Shown: positions 27,607 through 37,025 of the stretch, piece by piece | Numbering within the stretch: position 1 is the first letter of the stretch | How the letters are laid out: each line of letters starts with the position of its first letter | DNA from: Opitutia bacterium | GTDB taxonomy: Bacteria; Verrucomicrobiota; Verrucomicrobiia; Opitutales; T3Sed10-336 | DNA length: 64,000 bases | NCBI GenBank assembly: GCA_050506795.1 | Contig: JBJHCF010000018.1 | Location: forward strand, 26,331-90,330 | Direction: 5' to 3' | Notes under the pieces: generated by a model | What the model was told of the DNA's origin: nothing | Seen by the model: only the letters and a program-made list of their open reading frames with translations | Databases searched by the model: none | Made by a program: the position numbers and the translations under genes

Positions 27607-28545
27607 CTAATAACCGTCAACAGCACATTTTATTGAGTTTCCAGCCGGACGCAAGACTTTCTTTCTCAATGACCAAAGATTTTTCCAACGGAATTGCTCC
27701 CGAAAATGATAGTCCGGCCTGAGCAAATGTCGCGGCAGGCTTTCGGTCGACGTCTCGATCTCCAGAACCCGCAACTGAAACGTTGAAACCGTCGGGTTTC
27801 CGTCTTCATCGAGGTTCCAATTTTCGATGATACGCGGAATTCCATCCGGACCAAGCCGCAACGTATGGTACAGCCTCATTCGAATCGCGTCTTCCTGAAG
27901 GCTGCCCGATGTGTAATTCACGTGAATCGTTTCCAGGGAATCCGCGTCCAACCACACTCTTCCATCTTGCCGATCATAGGGGCCGACGATTGAAAACGAT
28001 CCATCGTTCAGATAGGTCTCTTCGACCAGATAACCGCCTCTGATTCCCAAGGTGATAAACGAGCGATCCAGCCGGCTATTAGTATCGCTCAAGAGCAACG
28101 TCTGGCTGTGTCTCGCTTCGTCCGTGGACGTCTCGATCACGGGATCATAAAGATCGGTAAGGGTAAGAAATCCATCGTCCGCTAGCGCCCAAACCGTATC
28201 CCCAAATCTCCCCGCTGCCCTCACACCTGAAACAACCGCCTCGGAATCGAGATCCTCCAACCGCTCCGCAACTTTGGAGACAAAGTCGCCCGAGTCGTAA
28301 ATCAAAAGAAAATATCGTTTGCGTTCGCCCCCGGTTGCTTCGATGACCAACCGTTCAATAACAGGGGGTGTCCGCATTCGCTCAAGGAGTGCCGCCGCGT
28401 CACTGGCAGAATAAGCCGGCGATTGTGACACGACAAGGACGCCGAAAACCGGTAATATGAGCGCAAAGGCGTTCCGGCGAGCCCGCATGATCCACGTAGC
28501 GATCGAAGGCCGGTTGCGACATCCTGGTCCCGTTGGAAAATTCAT
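27607..28545 (-). CDS. Exported hypothetical protein (paralog of 28773-29813; lacks C-terminal anchor)
   Basis: Signal-like segment ending AYS; shares PP.I.R.V.E, .IYD.G.F, NSRL.R.F.T.G, QDGR/QEGR and R.LEIETS...HL..P..H with the neighbour. Confidence 0.7.
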   Translation of the reverse strand: MNFPTGPGCRNRPSIATWIMRARRNAFALILPVFGVLVVSQSPAYSASDAAALLERMRTPPVIERLVIEATGGERKRYFLLIYDSGDFVSKVAERLEDLDSEAVVSGVRAAGRFGDTVWALADDGFLTLTDLYDPVIETSTDEARHSQTLLLSDTNSRLDRSFITLGIRGGYLVEETYLNDGSFSIVGPYDRQDGRVWLDADSLETIHVNYTSGSLQEDAIRMRLYHTLRLGPDGIPRIIENWNLDEDGNPTVSTFQLRVLEIETSTESLPRHLLRPDYHFREQFRWKNLWSLRKKVLRPAGNSIKCAVDGY

Positions 28546-28772
28546 GGATTTGCTTGAGGTTCGAAGGCAACAGAGCGAAGAATCGACGCCATGTCGACAG
28601 GATAAACGTTAAAATGTGCGAAAAGCGTACACGCTAGTCGTTGAGATAGTACATGGTCAATTGATTACATGAGGAAAAATGTTTTTGAGAGGAAGGCTAA
28701 AAATGTCGTCCGGATATGGATTTTGAACTGAACTTCCGCCTCCTTCGAGACAATCTCCGATTTTATTCGAAC

Positions 28773-29813
28773 CTAACCATCGTCTTTCTTGACCCTATTC
28801 TTCCCGCCGCGGAACAGCCAAAAAAGCATGGCGGGCAATAAGAGAGCCACAGGCCCCACTACAGCGACGAACGCCACTGGATTAATACGACCTCCGAACA
28901 GTGCTACCGGTCGCACCTCATCGACGATTTCCCTTCTTCCGATGGACCGCTCGGTCAGGTTGCTTATAATTATAAATCCCCCCGTCAAATGGCCTTCCGG
29001 AAGAAACAGGTGGTCGGCGATACCGTCTTCACTGGTTTCGATCTCCAGGATCCTCCCTCCTAACAATTTCCGCATGGCTTCGCCCTCCGGATCCATTTCC
29101 CAAAACTCGAATGCTCGAGCAATTCCGTTGTCATCGATCGTACCCTCGACCAAAAAGCTTCGCGCGGAATCCGGAACCTCCATTCGTTCGGAACGGAAAG
29201 TGGTACGGAATTCGGTTTCTCCCAATTCGCCGCTTCGAAACTCGATTCGTCCTTCCTGTTTATCGTCCCTGCCGACAAATAGGAATGAGTTACCTCTTAA
29301 CTCCACATCTCCTACATAATCAGTCGGAACTCCATAGGTGAGAAACGCACGCCCCAATCGCGAGTTGTACATCGTTCGGAAGACTACGGATTCGTGCATC
29401 CCTTCGTCACGCTCATCTTCGATTATCGCCTCGTCGAGATCGGTCGCCAAGAATTCACCGTAACTGTCGATTGACCAGATAAATCCCCCCAATTTTCCTT
29501 GGGCGAAAGAAATTCCACCTCGCACGAAGCTGTCGGAGAATAAGTCCTCCCGGTCGTCCGCTGCTCGTATAAAGAAATTTCCGGAACGATCGTAAATCAT
29601 GTGGACGTAAAAGATGTCCCCATCAGGTCTGGTTCGTTCGGCCACCATTCGGGTTATGGTCGGCGGATCGATAAAATTCACCAGGATTTCTTCGTCCGAC
29701 TGAGCAACTGTATGACAATCAAGAAGAGGAAGAAGGATAAGAGCACCCAGCCATTTCTTGAATATCCGGGACAAAGGTGAAACCCTGGAAACTCCACTTA
29801 CAGGAACACTCAT
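28773..29813 (-). CDS. Exported hypothetical protein with C-terminal membrane anchor
   Basis: Signal-like segment ending TVA-Q; C-terminal VAFVAVVGPVALLLPAMLFWLFRGGKNR. Start uncertain (29813 or 29867). Confidence 0.75.
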   Translation of the reverse strand: MSVPVSGVSRVSPLSRIFKKWLGALILLPLLDCHTVAQSDEEILVNFIDPPTITRMVAERTRPDGDIFYVHMIYDRSGNFFIRAADDREDLFSDSFVRGGISFAQGKLGGFIWSIDSYGEFLATDLDEAIIEDERDEGMHESVVFRTMYNSRLGRAFLTYGVPTDYVGDVELRGNSFLFVGRDDKQEGRIEFRSGELGETEFRTTFRSERMEVPDSARSFLVEGTIDDNGIARAFEFWEMDPEGEAMRKLLGGRILEIETSEDGIADHLFLPEGHLTGGFIIISNLTERSIGRREIVDEVRPVALFGGRINPVAFVAVVGPVALLLPAMLFWLFRGGKNRVKKDDG

Positions 29814-30038
29814 GTCAGCCTTTGTATTACCTCGTTTGCTGATGATTGCAGGAATAGGTTGAATCATTCCAGGATCCCTTTCCGTGTATTTCGTGTATTC
29901 CGTGGTTTATCCCTCTTTCCCATCCCTTCCGATGCCCTAGCCTCATCGGCGGAAGCGCCGTTGCCACTTTATGATTGCTCCGCCATCTTCGTCACGCCTC
30001 ATCCATTCGCACCGCGAGATGCACGCTGGAAGCGTGCC

Positions 30039-30143
30039 CTACTCTTCTGATTCTTGGGTTCTCATTGGCTCCCTTGCCACTCGTCCCTCGACCAGCGAGA
30101 ATCCACCGCCGCTTCGGAATCCGCGTTCAGATAACTTGCTCAT
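30039..30143 (-). pseudogene. Truncated third prepilin-like gene
   Basis: MSKLSERGFRSGGGFSLVE, then unrelated sequence and a stop after 34 aa; 30086-30243 is homologous to 27493-27648. Confidence 0.75.
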
Positions 30144-30404
30144 GGGGAGAATTTTCTGCGATTTTCTGCCGAGGGTTGGGTGTGGCGTAGAAAAGGTGAA
30201 CTAATATCCGATAACAGCAGCTTTTAATGATTTTCCAGACTGGCGCAAGCATTTCTGTTCCAGGGTCAGGATCTTCTCTCGCGCGGAAGCGCAGCGACGC
30301 CGAGGGGGATAGAAATTGTCGGTTGTTGGTTGGTCGATTAAACAAAGGCCGAAACGGGGTGCCACAAAGGGTGCGACGAGCGCGATCTCCCCGTGATAAA
30401 TCCT

Positions 30405-30830
30405 ACTTTGGCAAGTTTACCGAAAGCCACGCCGGGTTTTAAGGTATTGCTGAACTGTGAAGGTTCTCACGGAATTTTTGCCCACAATCCAGTGCCTTTC
30501 CCCTTTCGTGTGTTTCGTGCCCTTTCGTGGGCAAATCAAGCCGTCGTTCTCGCAGGAAATCAGCCCACGAAACACACCAAACACACGAAAAACGAACCGC
30601 TGACTCCCCGCGGAAAAGAAGTTTGGTTGCGGCTACGCCGCCCTGGGAAATCTGTGGTAGACCGGTTTCCGGTTCGGATCATCGGACTTCGACGAGTTCA
30701 GATCACAAGATACCCGCGCGGCCATGCGGGAGCATGGCCCTCGAGAAGAATGAGCATCATTGTAGGAGAAATCTCGGTGTGCTCTCACCGGCCTGAGCTC
30801 GTCGAGGGCGTGACTTCGTGTGAGAATCCG
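30405..30830. repeat. Mosaic of MITE/REP-like fragments
   Basis: Contains ATTGCTGAACTGTGAAGGTTCTCAC, GGCCATGCGGGAGCATGGCC, CCTGAGCTCGTCGAGGGCGTGAC and TTTCGTGTGTTTCGTG modules found elsewhere in the window. Confidence 0.7.
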
Positions 30831-30978
30831 TCCCTTTGTCCTATGAGCCCTGCTTATCCATCAGTGTTCATCAGTGGTTAAATTCTCTTCTCATCCAACA
30901 AGTTCATTCGCTAATTTCCAGGTTGAATCCGCTAAATCGTCGCTCTTGACAATGTGTATAATCCATGAATAACTACAC

Positions 30979-31182
30979 ATGATGAGGACCAATATCGAAA
31001 TCGACGACCAGCTGCTGCAAAAGGTCCGGAAGATCCGCCCGCACGCGACAAAACGGGCCGTTGTCGAGGAGGGACTCAACCTGCTCGTTCAACTGGGCCA
31101 ACAACAGCGCCTGCGCAAATTCCGTGGCCGCCTGAAATGGGAGGGCGATCTCGAAGCCATGCGAAGCGATGGTCCTCGTTGA
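30979..31182 (+). CDS. vapB: VapB family antitoxin
   Basis: MRTNIEIDDQLL...TKRAVVEEGL...RGRLKWEGDLEAMR. Confidence 0.92.
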   Translation: MMRTNIEIDDQLLQKVRKIRPHATKRAVVEEGLNLLVQLGQQQRLRKFRGRLKWEGDLEAMRSDGPR

Positions 31183-31579
31183 CTCAACGGTCTGGATCGA
31201 CTGGTTCAACGGCGTCGACTGCTGGCAAACAAACGCCCTCGACGACTTACTTGATAACGAATTGATTGCGGTCGGTGACCTTATTCTGGTCGAGGTTCTT
31301 CAGGGATTCCGGTCGGAAAAGGACTTCCGAACCGCCAGACACCTGTTGTCGTCTCAGATCACCGTTCCGCTTTGCGGTGTCGATGTGGCCATCGAAGCCG
31401 CCCGCCACTTTCGATTCCTCCGCACAAAAGGCATTACCGTCAGAAAAACGATCGACACAGTTATCGCGGCCGCATGCATCCGCGCCGGATGGCGACTCTT
31501 GCACAATGATCGCGACTTCTACCCTTTCGAAGAATTCCTGGGCCTGCAGGTGGTGTCTCCGGGAACGGATGAAGATTGA
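31169..31579 (+). CDS. vapC: PIN domain (VapC) toxin
   Basis: VLVDSTVWID, EVLQG, RKTIDTVIA, LLHNDRDF. Confidence 0.92.
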   Translation: MVLVDSTVWIDWFNGVDCWQTNALDDLLDNELIAVGDLILVEVLQGFRSEKDFRTARHLLSSQITVPLCGVDVAIEAARHFRFLRTKGITVRKTIDTVIAAACIRAGWRLLHNDRDFYPFEEFLGLQVVSPGTDED

Positions 31580-32096
31580 GGTGAATACGCACGGAATCGA
31601 TACGTTTCACTTCGCCGATGACGGCCGCACGCCGAATCATCCGCGATTTCCGGTTATCTTCTATCGTGCCGCGTTTCCGGGGACCGGCGACCGGGGCGAC
31701 GCGATCGAGCGGTGCTTCCGCGAGAACGGCTGGCGGGGAACGTGGCGCTGGGGCGTGTATCCGTTCCATCATTACCACTCCGAGGCGCACGAAGTCCTGG
31801 GTTGCGCGCGCGGGGAAGCGCTCATTCGTTTGGGCGGCGAAAGCGGATGCGATGTCCGGCTGACCGCCGGCGACGCCGTCTTGCTGCCCGCCGGAACCGG
31901 CCACTGCTGCCTGGAGAACTCGTCCGATTTCCAGATGGTCGGCGCCTACCCTCCCGGTCAATCGGTCGACCTGATCCGATCCGGAGAGGGCGACATCGCC
32001 CGCGCCCGGGAGCGGATCCTCGCCGTTCCCATTCCCTCAACCGATCCCGTCACCGGCCCCGACGGCCCGCTCCATCGGTACTGGGGGAAAGGCTGA
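31569..32096 (+). CDS. Cupin domain protein (YjlB-like)
   Basis: FADDGRTPNHPRFP, NGW...W...VYPFHHYHSEAHEVLG, LPAGTGH, VGAYP, DPV.G..GPL..YW. Confidence 0.9.
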   Translation: MKIEVNTHGIDTFHFADDGRTPNHPRFPVIFYRAAFPGTGDRGDAIERCFRENGWRGTWRWGVYPFHHYHSEAHEVLGCARGEALIRLGGESGCDVRLTAGDAVLLPAGTGHCCLENSSDFQMVGAYPPGQSVDLIRSGEGDIARARERILAVPIPSTDPVTGPDGPLHRYWGKG

Positions 32097-32099
32097 TCC

Positions 32100-32557
32100 G
32101 AATGGCACTCGGTTTAGCGCCTCGTCGTTATCATATCCAAATCGGGATCGCTATTCTGCTTTCTGGAGCGCGGCGCTCCCGCGCAGCCGGTGCGGGCAAG
32201 ATGCCCGCGCTCCCAAGTCGGCGGCCATGCGGGAGCATGGCCCTCCAGAATTTTTTGCGCGATTTGCGCAAGATTTCGGAAATAAGGGAATAAGGTGAAT
32301 GGCGCTCGGATAAGGCGACGTATCGTTCGATGAAGCAAAAAATACAGCGGAGATCGGGCTCACACGGAGCCACAAAGACACGGAGATTTCTACCGGACCC
32401 ACCTCCGTGAGCTCTCACCGGCCTGAGCTCGTCGAGGGCGTGACTCCGTGTGAGAACCTTCACAGTTTAGCAATGCCCTAAAACCAGGTGTGATTTTTGG
32501 TAAACTTGCCACAGTTGGACAACGCTACTTCGATCCACCAGCTTAACCGTGCCATTC
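32100..32557. mobile_element. Two adjacent IS4-like MITEs (type A from 32100; type B 32297-32557)
   Basis: Ends GAATGGCACTCGGTTTAG (32100), GAATGGCGCTCGGATAAG (32297) and CTTAACCGTGCCATTC (32557); fills the gap between two convergent stop codons. Confidence 0.8.
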
Positions 32558-32560
32558 GAA

Positions 32561-35500
32561 CTACCGGGCGGGGACCTGAATCTCGATGACACCGAGGTCG
32601 TACGGTTCGCGGGTGGGTTCTTCCGGTGATTCCGGAATCTCAACTTCCGTCCCCATGGTGATCATCGGCAGGATTCCGGTGAGGTTCGGCTCGCCTTCCG
32701 TGAGACCTTCCCCAATCCTGACGACGAGCCTGTAATGGCCACCGGGTACATCCTCGATCCGAAAACTTCCATCCTGGGAAACGTTCAAGACAAATTGACG
32801 CTTGGAAAAATGGTAGCGGCGCCCCTCTTCGGTTGCGTAGAATTCCCGCACGCGTTCGTTCATCTCCTCGCGGCGAAGTTCATACTCGGCCTGGATCGCC
32901 TCCCTGTCCTCGTCGGTCGTCGCGGAAGCGAGCGCTTCTCGAAATTCCCGGTACAACGCAATCGGTGCGGCTACGACCGGCGGGGTTGAAGGCATGGATT
33001 CCAGGAAATGCGAATGTGCGCGCCAGTCGATTTCTCCATCATACCCGTTGACCGACAGCCGTCCGATAACCGTGCGACCTGCGCCGCCAAGAACGAGACG
33101 ACGCGTCTCCCCGGGCGCGGCGGTGAATCTCGTTGTCTGGGTCATTGGCACCACCCTGGCGCGGCCATCGCGTATGTCCAGGGTGTGCGCGGCCTGAAGG
33201 TGAATCGGGGGAACGCGTTCGAAGACAAACGTTCCGTCGTCGGCGGTGGTGGTCCGGAGGTACAATTGAAGAATATGAAGTTGGCGCGGGTGATGTTCGT
33301 ATGGCAGATGGGCGACCCCAAGCCATATCGATTCATCGCCGGCGGGCTCCGTGCCGACGAGCAGTTGCCCTTCCACCCGCGCCCAGGCTTCCAGGCGGAT
33401 CGGTCCGTCGTTCAGTTCTTCCATTCGTGCTTCGCCATAGCCGGACTCATCCATAACCATAACTCCGAAGGCGTCCTGTTCCGACGAAAAGGAAAACCGC
33501 CCCTCCGTGTTCGCGATCGTCTTGCGCGTGCCGACTCCCTGCCCGGGCTCGACGGATTCGCCTTGAACCTGGACCCCGTCTACTCCCGCGGGAATGAGGT
33601 AAACGGTCGCTCCGGCCGCGGGGGTCCCGTCGGGGCGCAACACGGTGCCCCCCGGTCCACCGGTGAGGAGGACCGTTTCGGTTGGGGATTCCGCACCGCG
33701 CAGGGGCGTTTCACGGAGACCGCTGGAATCGCGATACACCGGATCGGGATTTTCTCCCGGCTCAAACTCGATTACCAAATCCGTTTTGTCCGCCTGAATC
33801 ATCCCGAGCAACTGGGACCGGCTTTGCGGGTTTACGCTGGCGTTGCGCGATGACAAATGGTATCCCTCGATCCGGATGGAAAGCGTTATGGGTTCTTCGG
33901 GGACTCCCGCGAAATGGAAAAGCCCGTCACCGGCAGTGGTGGTCTCCAGTCTGTCCCACCCGTCCGGTCGTCCGAGGAGCACTCGGGTGCCTTCGGGTAC
34001 GGGGTTCCCATCCGTCAGGTGAATCCGGCCTGCCAGTCTATGCCCCGGTTCCACCATAAGCGTTCCCATGTCCAGCGTTCCGTCGTCCAACGCGCGGACC
34101 TCTCGCGGAGTCGTGATTGGATAGAGCATTGATCCAAACACGCTCATCGTCTCGTCCAGCAGCACGCGTTGCACCGGGATGGCCCCCAGTTCTCCGAGAG
34201 AGTCCATCATCCCGTACACGAGGTACTCCCTTTGCGGGGGAAGATTCTCGAAAAGAAAACGCCCGTCTTCATCCGTACCGACGGAGAAGTTGCCACCCGC
34301 GACATCAAAGCCTTGCGCCGCGCCCGACATCCCGACTTCGACGCCCGCGAGCGGCTGGCCGTCCTTCATTACGCGACCACTGACCGAGACCCCTTCGGTC
34401 AGCGTGAATTCATGCACGGTGTCCCCCGACGCCATGAGCGGGAACACGCGGCGCGCCAGGCCTCGCGCTTCGATCGTAAACCCGGCCCTTTCGAACGGAT
34501 CGCGGCTATGAATAACGAACTCCCCGCGTTCATCCGAGATGGCCAATGCATCGATCCCTTCGTACCGCCCGTACCAGGTGCGATCGTTCCGCGTCATTCC
34601 GTTAATCCGTACGACCGCCCCGGATACGGGGTGACCGTATTCATCCAACACACGTCCGCGAACCCGGTGGTTCGGGGTTTCGCCTTCGTGGACCGGTCGG
34701 AGCGGCACCTCCAGCGGTTCGGCGGAGGGATCGACATCTGCCACGAATTCCGGCTGGAACCCCGTGGCCGCGACCAGCACCTCGAACACAAGACTCGGGT
34801 CGAGACTTTCGATTGTGAAACGTCCCTCCGCGTCGCTGCGGGTCTCCTTCGCGCAGTCGGGATAACACGATGGGCAAAGGACTCCCGGTCCTTGTTTCGG
34901 CGAGGCGGTGTTAATGAAGATCCTGGCGCCGGCGAGCGGTTCACCGGCCTCGTCCCTGATCACTCCGGTAAGATCCGGTCCCGCTTCCGGCAACGCGTCC
35001 TCACCTGCTCCACCGGTCCTGGCGTCGGTCAAACCAATCACGCCCAGAGCCACGAGCAGAAGCGTCGCGGTGACCGACCAGCGCGGGTGTTTTCTGAAAC
35101 GCGCGATCATGGTAATACGCCTGGTCATCTGGCGGCGCTCCTCCAGGATGCCGACCATTCCGGGAAGGGCCGTCGATCGCGGGGCGCGCTCCAGGAGCCT
35201 GATGATTGTGGCACCGTAGGGACGGTTCTCATTGTCGGGGGCGTGGGAGAGAGCGAGTTCGTCGCACGCCAGTTCGCGGTCCGCCGCCATGCGCTGGAAT
35301 CCGTACCAGAGAATCGGGTTGAACCAGTGTAAGGTTTTAAGCACGGTCGCCAGCCAGTGAGCGGCGACATCGCGGCGTTTCACATGCGCGAGTTCGTGGA
35401 GGAAGACGCAGCGCAACTCCCGTGCGTCGAAGGAACGTGTGATTCCCGCGGGAACCAGGATGCGGGGACGAAGAATCCCGCACACGGCGGGACTCCTTAC

Positions 35501-36157
35501 GGCGTCGGTTTCCAGGAGCCGGATCGAGGCGCGCAGGCCCAAGGCGGACCGGCATTCGTCAAGAACGCTCAGCACGCCGGCGTCGGTGACCGGAGTGGCG
35601 ATCCGGAGGCGGCGGTTGAATCGAGCGTTCTGAATAAGTATTCGCGTTCCCAGTACGAGAACTCCGGCAATCCAGATGCCCATGAGGACCAATGGAAGAC
35701 TATTCGCGGTGGAGAGCACCGGGCGGGTGTCGCGAGCGGGAACAGGCTCCGCCCGCCTGTTCTCATACATGTACGCTGAAGGTTCCCTCGCCGGATCGTA
35801 TTGCCAGGCGGGAGGCGTTCCCCACCCATAGAAATCCGGGTTCTCGAATTGCCCCCCTATCGCGGCCTCGGCGTCATCGGCGGACGCGATCGCCGGATCC
35901 GTATCCACGGCCATCTCTCGCGTTGTGTCCGCGACACCGATCCCGATGGCCGCGATGTTGAAGATGCTCACCGGGCTTTCCGGAGAGAAAGGGACGGCGA
36001 GCCGTACGAGAACAACCAGCCAAAGCGCATGGCGCCAGCGAGCGCTAAGATGATTTCGGAACGCCCATTGGATCGCGAGAACGATCAGGACCAGGACGGA
36101 GGCCTGCCACGACGTCCGGAGCAGCCAGGTGAAAAAGATCTCGAGGTAACTTTCCAT
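32561..36157 (-). CDS. BlaR1/M56 family metallopeptidase signal transducer with carboxypeptidase-regulatory-like repeats
   Basis: VFLHELAHVKRRD, HWFNP, DRELACDE; repeated G.V.D..G.P..GA...TD..GRF beta-sandwich modules. Confidence 0.9.
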   Translation of the reverse strand: MESYLEIFFTWLLRTSWQASVLVLIVLAIQWAFRNHLSARWRHALWLVVLVRLAVPFSPESPVSIFNIAAIGIGVADTTREMAVDTDPAIASADDAEAAIGGQFENPDFYGWGTPPAWQYDPAREPSAYMYENRRAEPVPARDTRPVLSTANSLPLVLMGIWIAGVLVLGTRILIQNARFNRRLRIATPVTDAGVLSVLDECRSALGLRASIRLLETDAVRSPAVCGILRPRILVPAGITRSFDARELRCVFLHELAHVKRRDVAAHWLATVLKTLHWFNPILWYGFQRMAADRELACDELALSHAPDNENRPYGATIIRLLERAPRSTALPGMVGILEERRQMTRRITMIARFRKHPRWSVTATLLLVALGVIGLTDARTGGAGEDALPEAGPDLTGVIRDEAGEPLAGARIFINTASPKQGPGVLCPSCYPDCAKETRSDAEGRFTIESLDPSLVFEVLVAATGFQPEFVADVDPSAEPLEVPLRPVHEGETPNHRVRGRVLDEYGHPVSGAVVRINGMTRNDRTWYGRYEGIDALAISDERGEFVIHSRDPFERAGFTIEARGLARRVFPLMASGDTVHEFTLTEGVSVSGRVMKDGQPLAGVEVGMSGAAQGFDVAGGNFSVGTDEDGRFLFENLPPQREYLVYGMMDSLGELGAIPVQRVLLDETMSVFGSMLYPITTPREVRALDDGTLDMGTLMVEPGHRLAGRIHLTDGNPVPEGTRVLLGRPDGWDRLETTTAGDGLFHFAGVPEEPITLSIRIEGYHLSSRNASVNPQSRSQLLGMIQADKTDLVIEFEPGENPDPVYRDSSGLRETPLRGAESPTETVLLTGGPGGTVLRPDGTPAAGATVYLIPAGVDGVQVQGESVEPGQGVGTRKTIANTEGRFSFSSEQDAFGVMVMDESGYGEARMEELNDGPIRLEAWARVEGQLLVGTEPAGDESIWLGVAHLPYEHHPRQLHILQLYLRTTTADDGTFVFERVPPIHLQAAHTLDIRDGRARVVPMTQTTRFTAAPGETRRLVLGGAGRTVIGRLSVNGYDGEIDWRAHSHFLESMPSTPPVVAAPIALYREFREALASATTDEDREAIQAEYELRREEMNERVREFYATEEGRRYHFSKRQFVLNVSQDGSFRIEDVPGGHYRLVVRIGEGLTEGEPNLTGILPMITMGTEVEIPESPEEPTREPYDLGVIEIQVPAR

Positions 36158-36158
36158 G

Positions 36159-36530
36159 TCATTTCTCCTTTTCCTCCAGGATTTTCTTGAGGCTCTCTAT
36201 CTCCTCCTTGCTCAGATCGGTTTCCCGGACCAGATGCAGGAGCATGGGGCCGGGGTCGTTGCCGAAGACACGTTGGGCAAAGGACCGGCTTTCCCGCCGG
36301 ATGCATTTCCGCATGTCGATGGCCGGATGGTAAAGGTACCGTTTCCCGTCCGCAACGGTCTTCAAGGCCCCCTTCTTCACCAGCCGGTCGATCAAAGTTC
36401 TCACCGTGCGCGAACGCCACTCCTTCTGTGCCGATAAGACTTCGACCACCCGGCTGGACGAAACCCCCGGCTCTTTCCAGACCAGGTTCATCACCTCCCA
36501 CTCCGAGTCCGATATTTTGATGGATTTCAT
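36159..36530 (-). CDS. BlaI/MecI/CopY family repressor
   Basis: ISDSEWEVMNLVW...W..RTVRTLIDRLVKKGAL...LSKEEIESLK. Confidence 0.93.
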   Translation of the reverse strand: MKSIKISDSEWEVMNLVWKEPGVSSSRVVEVLSAQKEWRSRTVRTLIDRLVKKGALKTVADGKRYLYHPAIDMRKCIRRESRSFAQRVFGNDPGPMLLHLVRETDLSKEEIESLKKILEEKEK

Positions 36531-36561
36531 GGGCGCTTGTTCTCGCAAACACCACTTGTCA

Positions 36562-36577
36562 TGCTACAGTTGTAGCA
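36562..36577. promoter_or_regulatory. BlaI-type operator
   Basis: Palindrome TGCTACA-GT-TGTAGCA upstream of the repressor; TACA-N2-TGTA is the known BlaI/CopY box. Confidence 0.8.
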
Positions 36578-36704
36578 CGTTTGCAAGAGTTTTTTTAAAA
36601 GAAAAATCCCAGGGTCAACGCTCAACGCCACAGACATTTTTCTATGAACGTTTTAAATCAATGGGCACCAATACAACCGACTCCGCAGACGCTCGGATTA
36701 GCAC

Positions 36705-36880
36705 CAATGGAACTCGGTTACGGCTGTTCATCCATTGATGAAACCGAATCGGGAAAGGGATCCTGCTTTCTGGAGGGCGGCGCTCCCGCGCAGCCGGTGC
36801 GGGCAGGATGCCCGCTCTCCCAGGTCGGCGGCCATGCGGGAGCATGGCCCTCCAGGGAAATAGCCGATGCGCTTCGGTTA
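36705..36880. repeat. Degenerate IS4-like MITE copy (type A cargo)
   Basis: CAATGGAACTCGGTTA end followed by the same three hairpins in reverse orientation. Confidence 0.75.
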
Positions 36881-36916
36881 TGATGTTAACGAATCCATTA
36901 ATACAGCCAATCAGCC

Positions 36917-36995
36917 GTCCCTTCGGGACTATTTCAACTTCACATAGAAACCCGGCGTTAAAACGCCGGGCTATTTTCACCCGTCCCTCCGGGAC
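36917..36995. repeat. REP-like triple hairpin
   Basis: GTCCC-TTC-GGGAC, CCCGGCGTT-AA-AACGCCGGG and GTCCC-TCC-GGGAC downstream of the second M56 gene. Confidence 0.6.
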
Positions 36996-37025
36996 AAAAA
37001 CAAAAGCGTGTAAGGTGCTTCGTTC

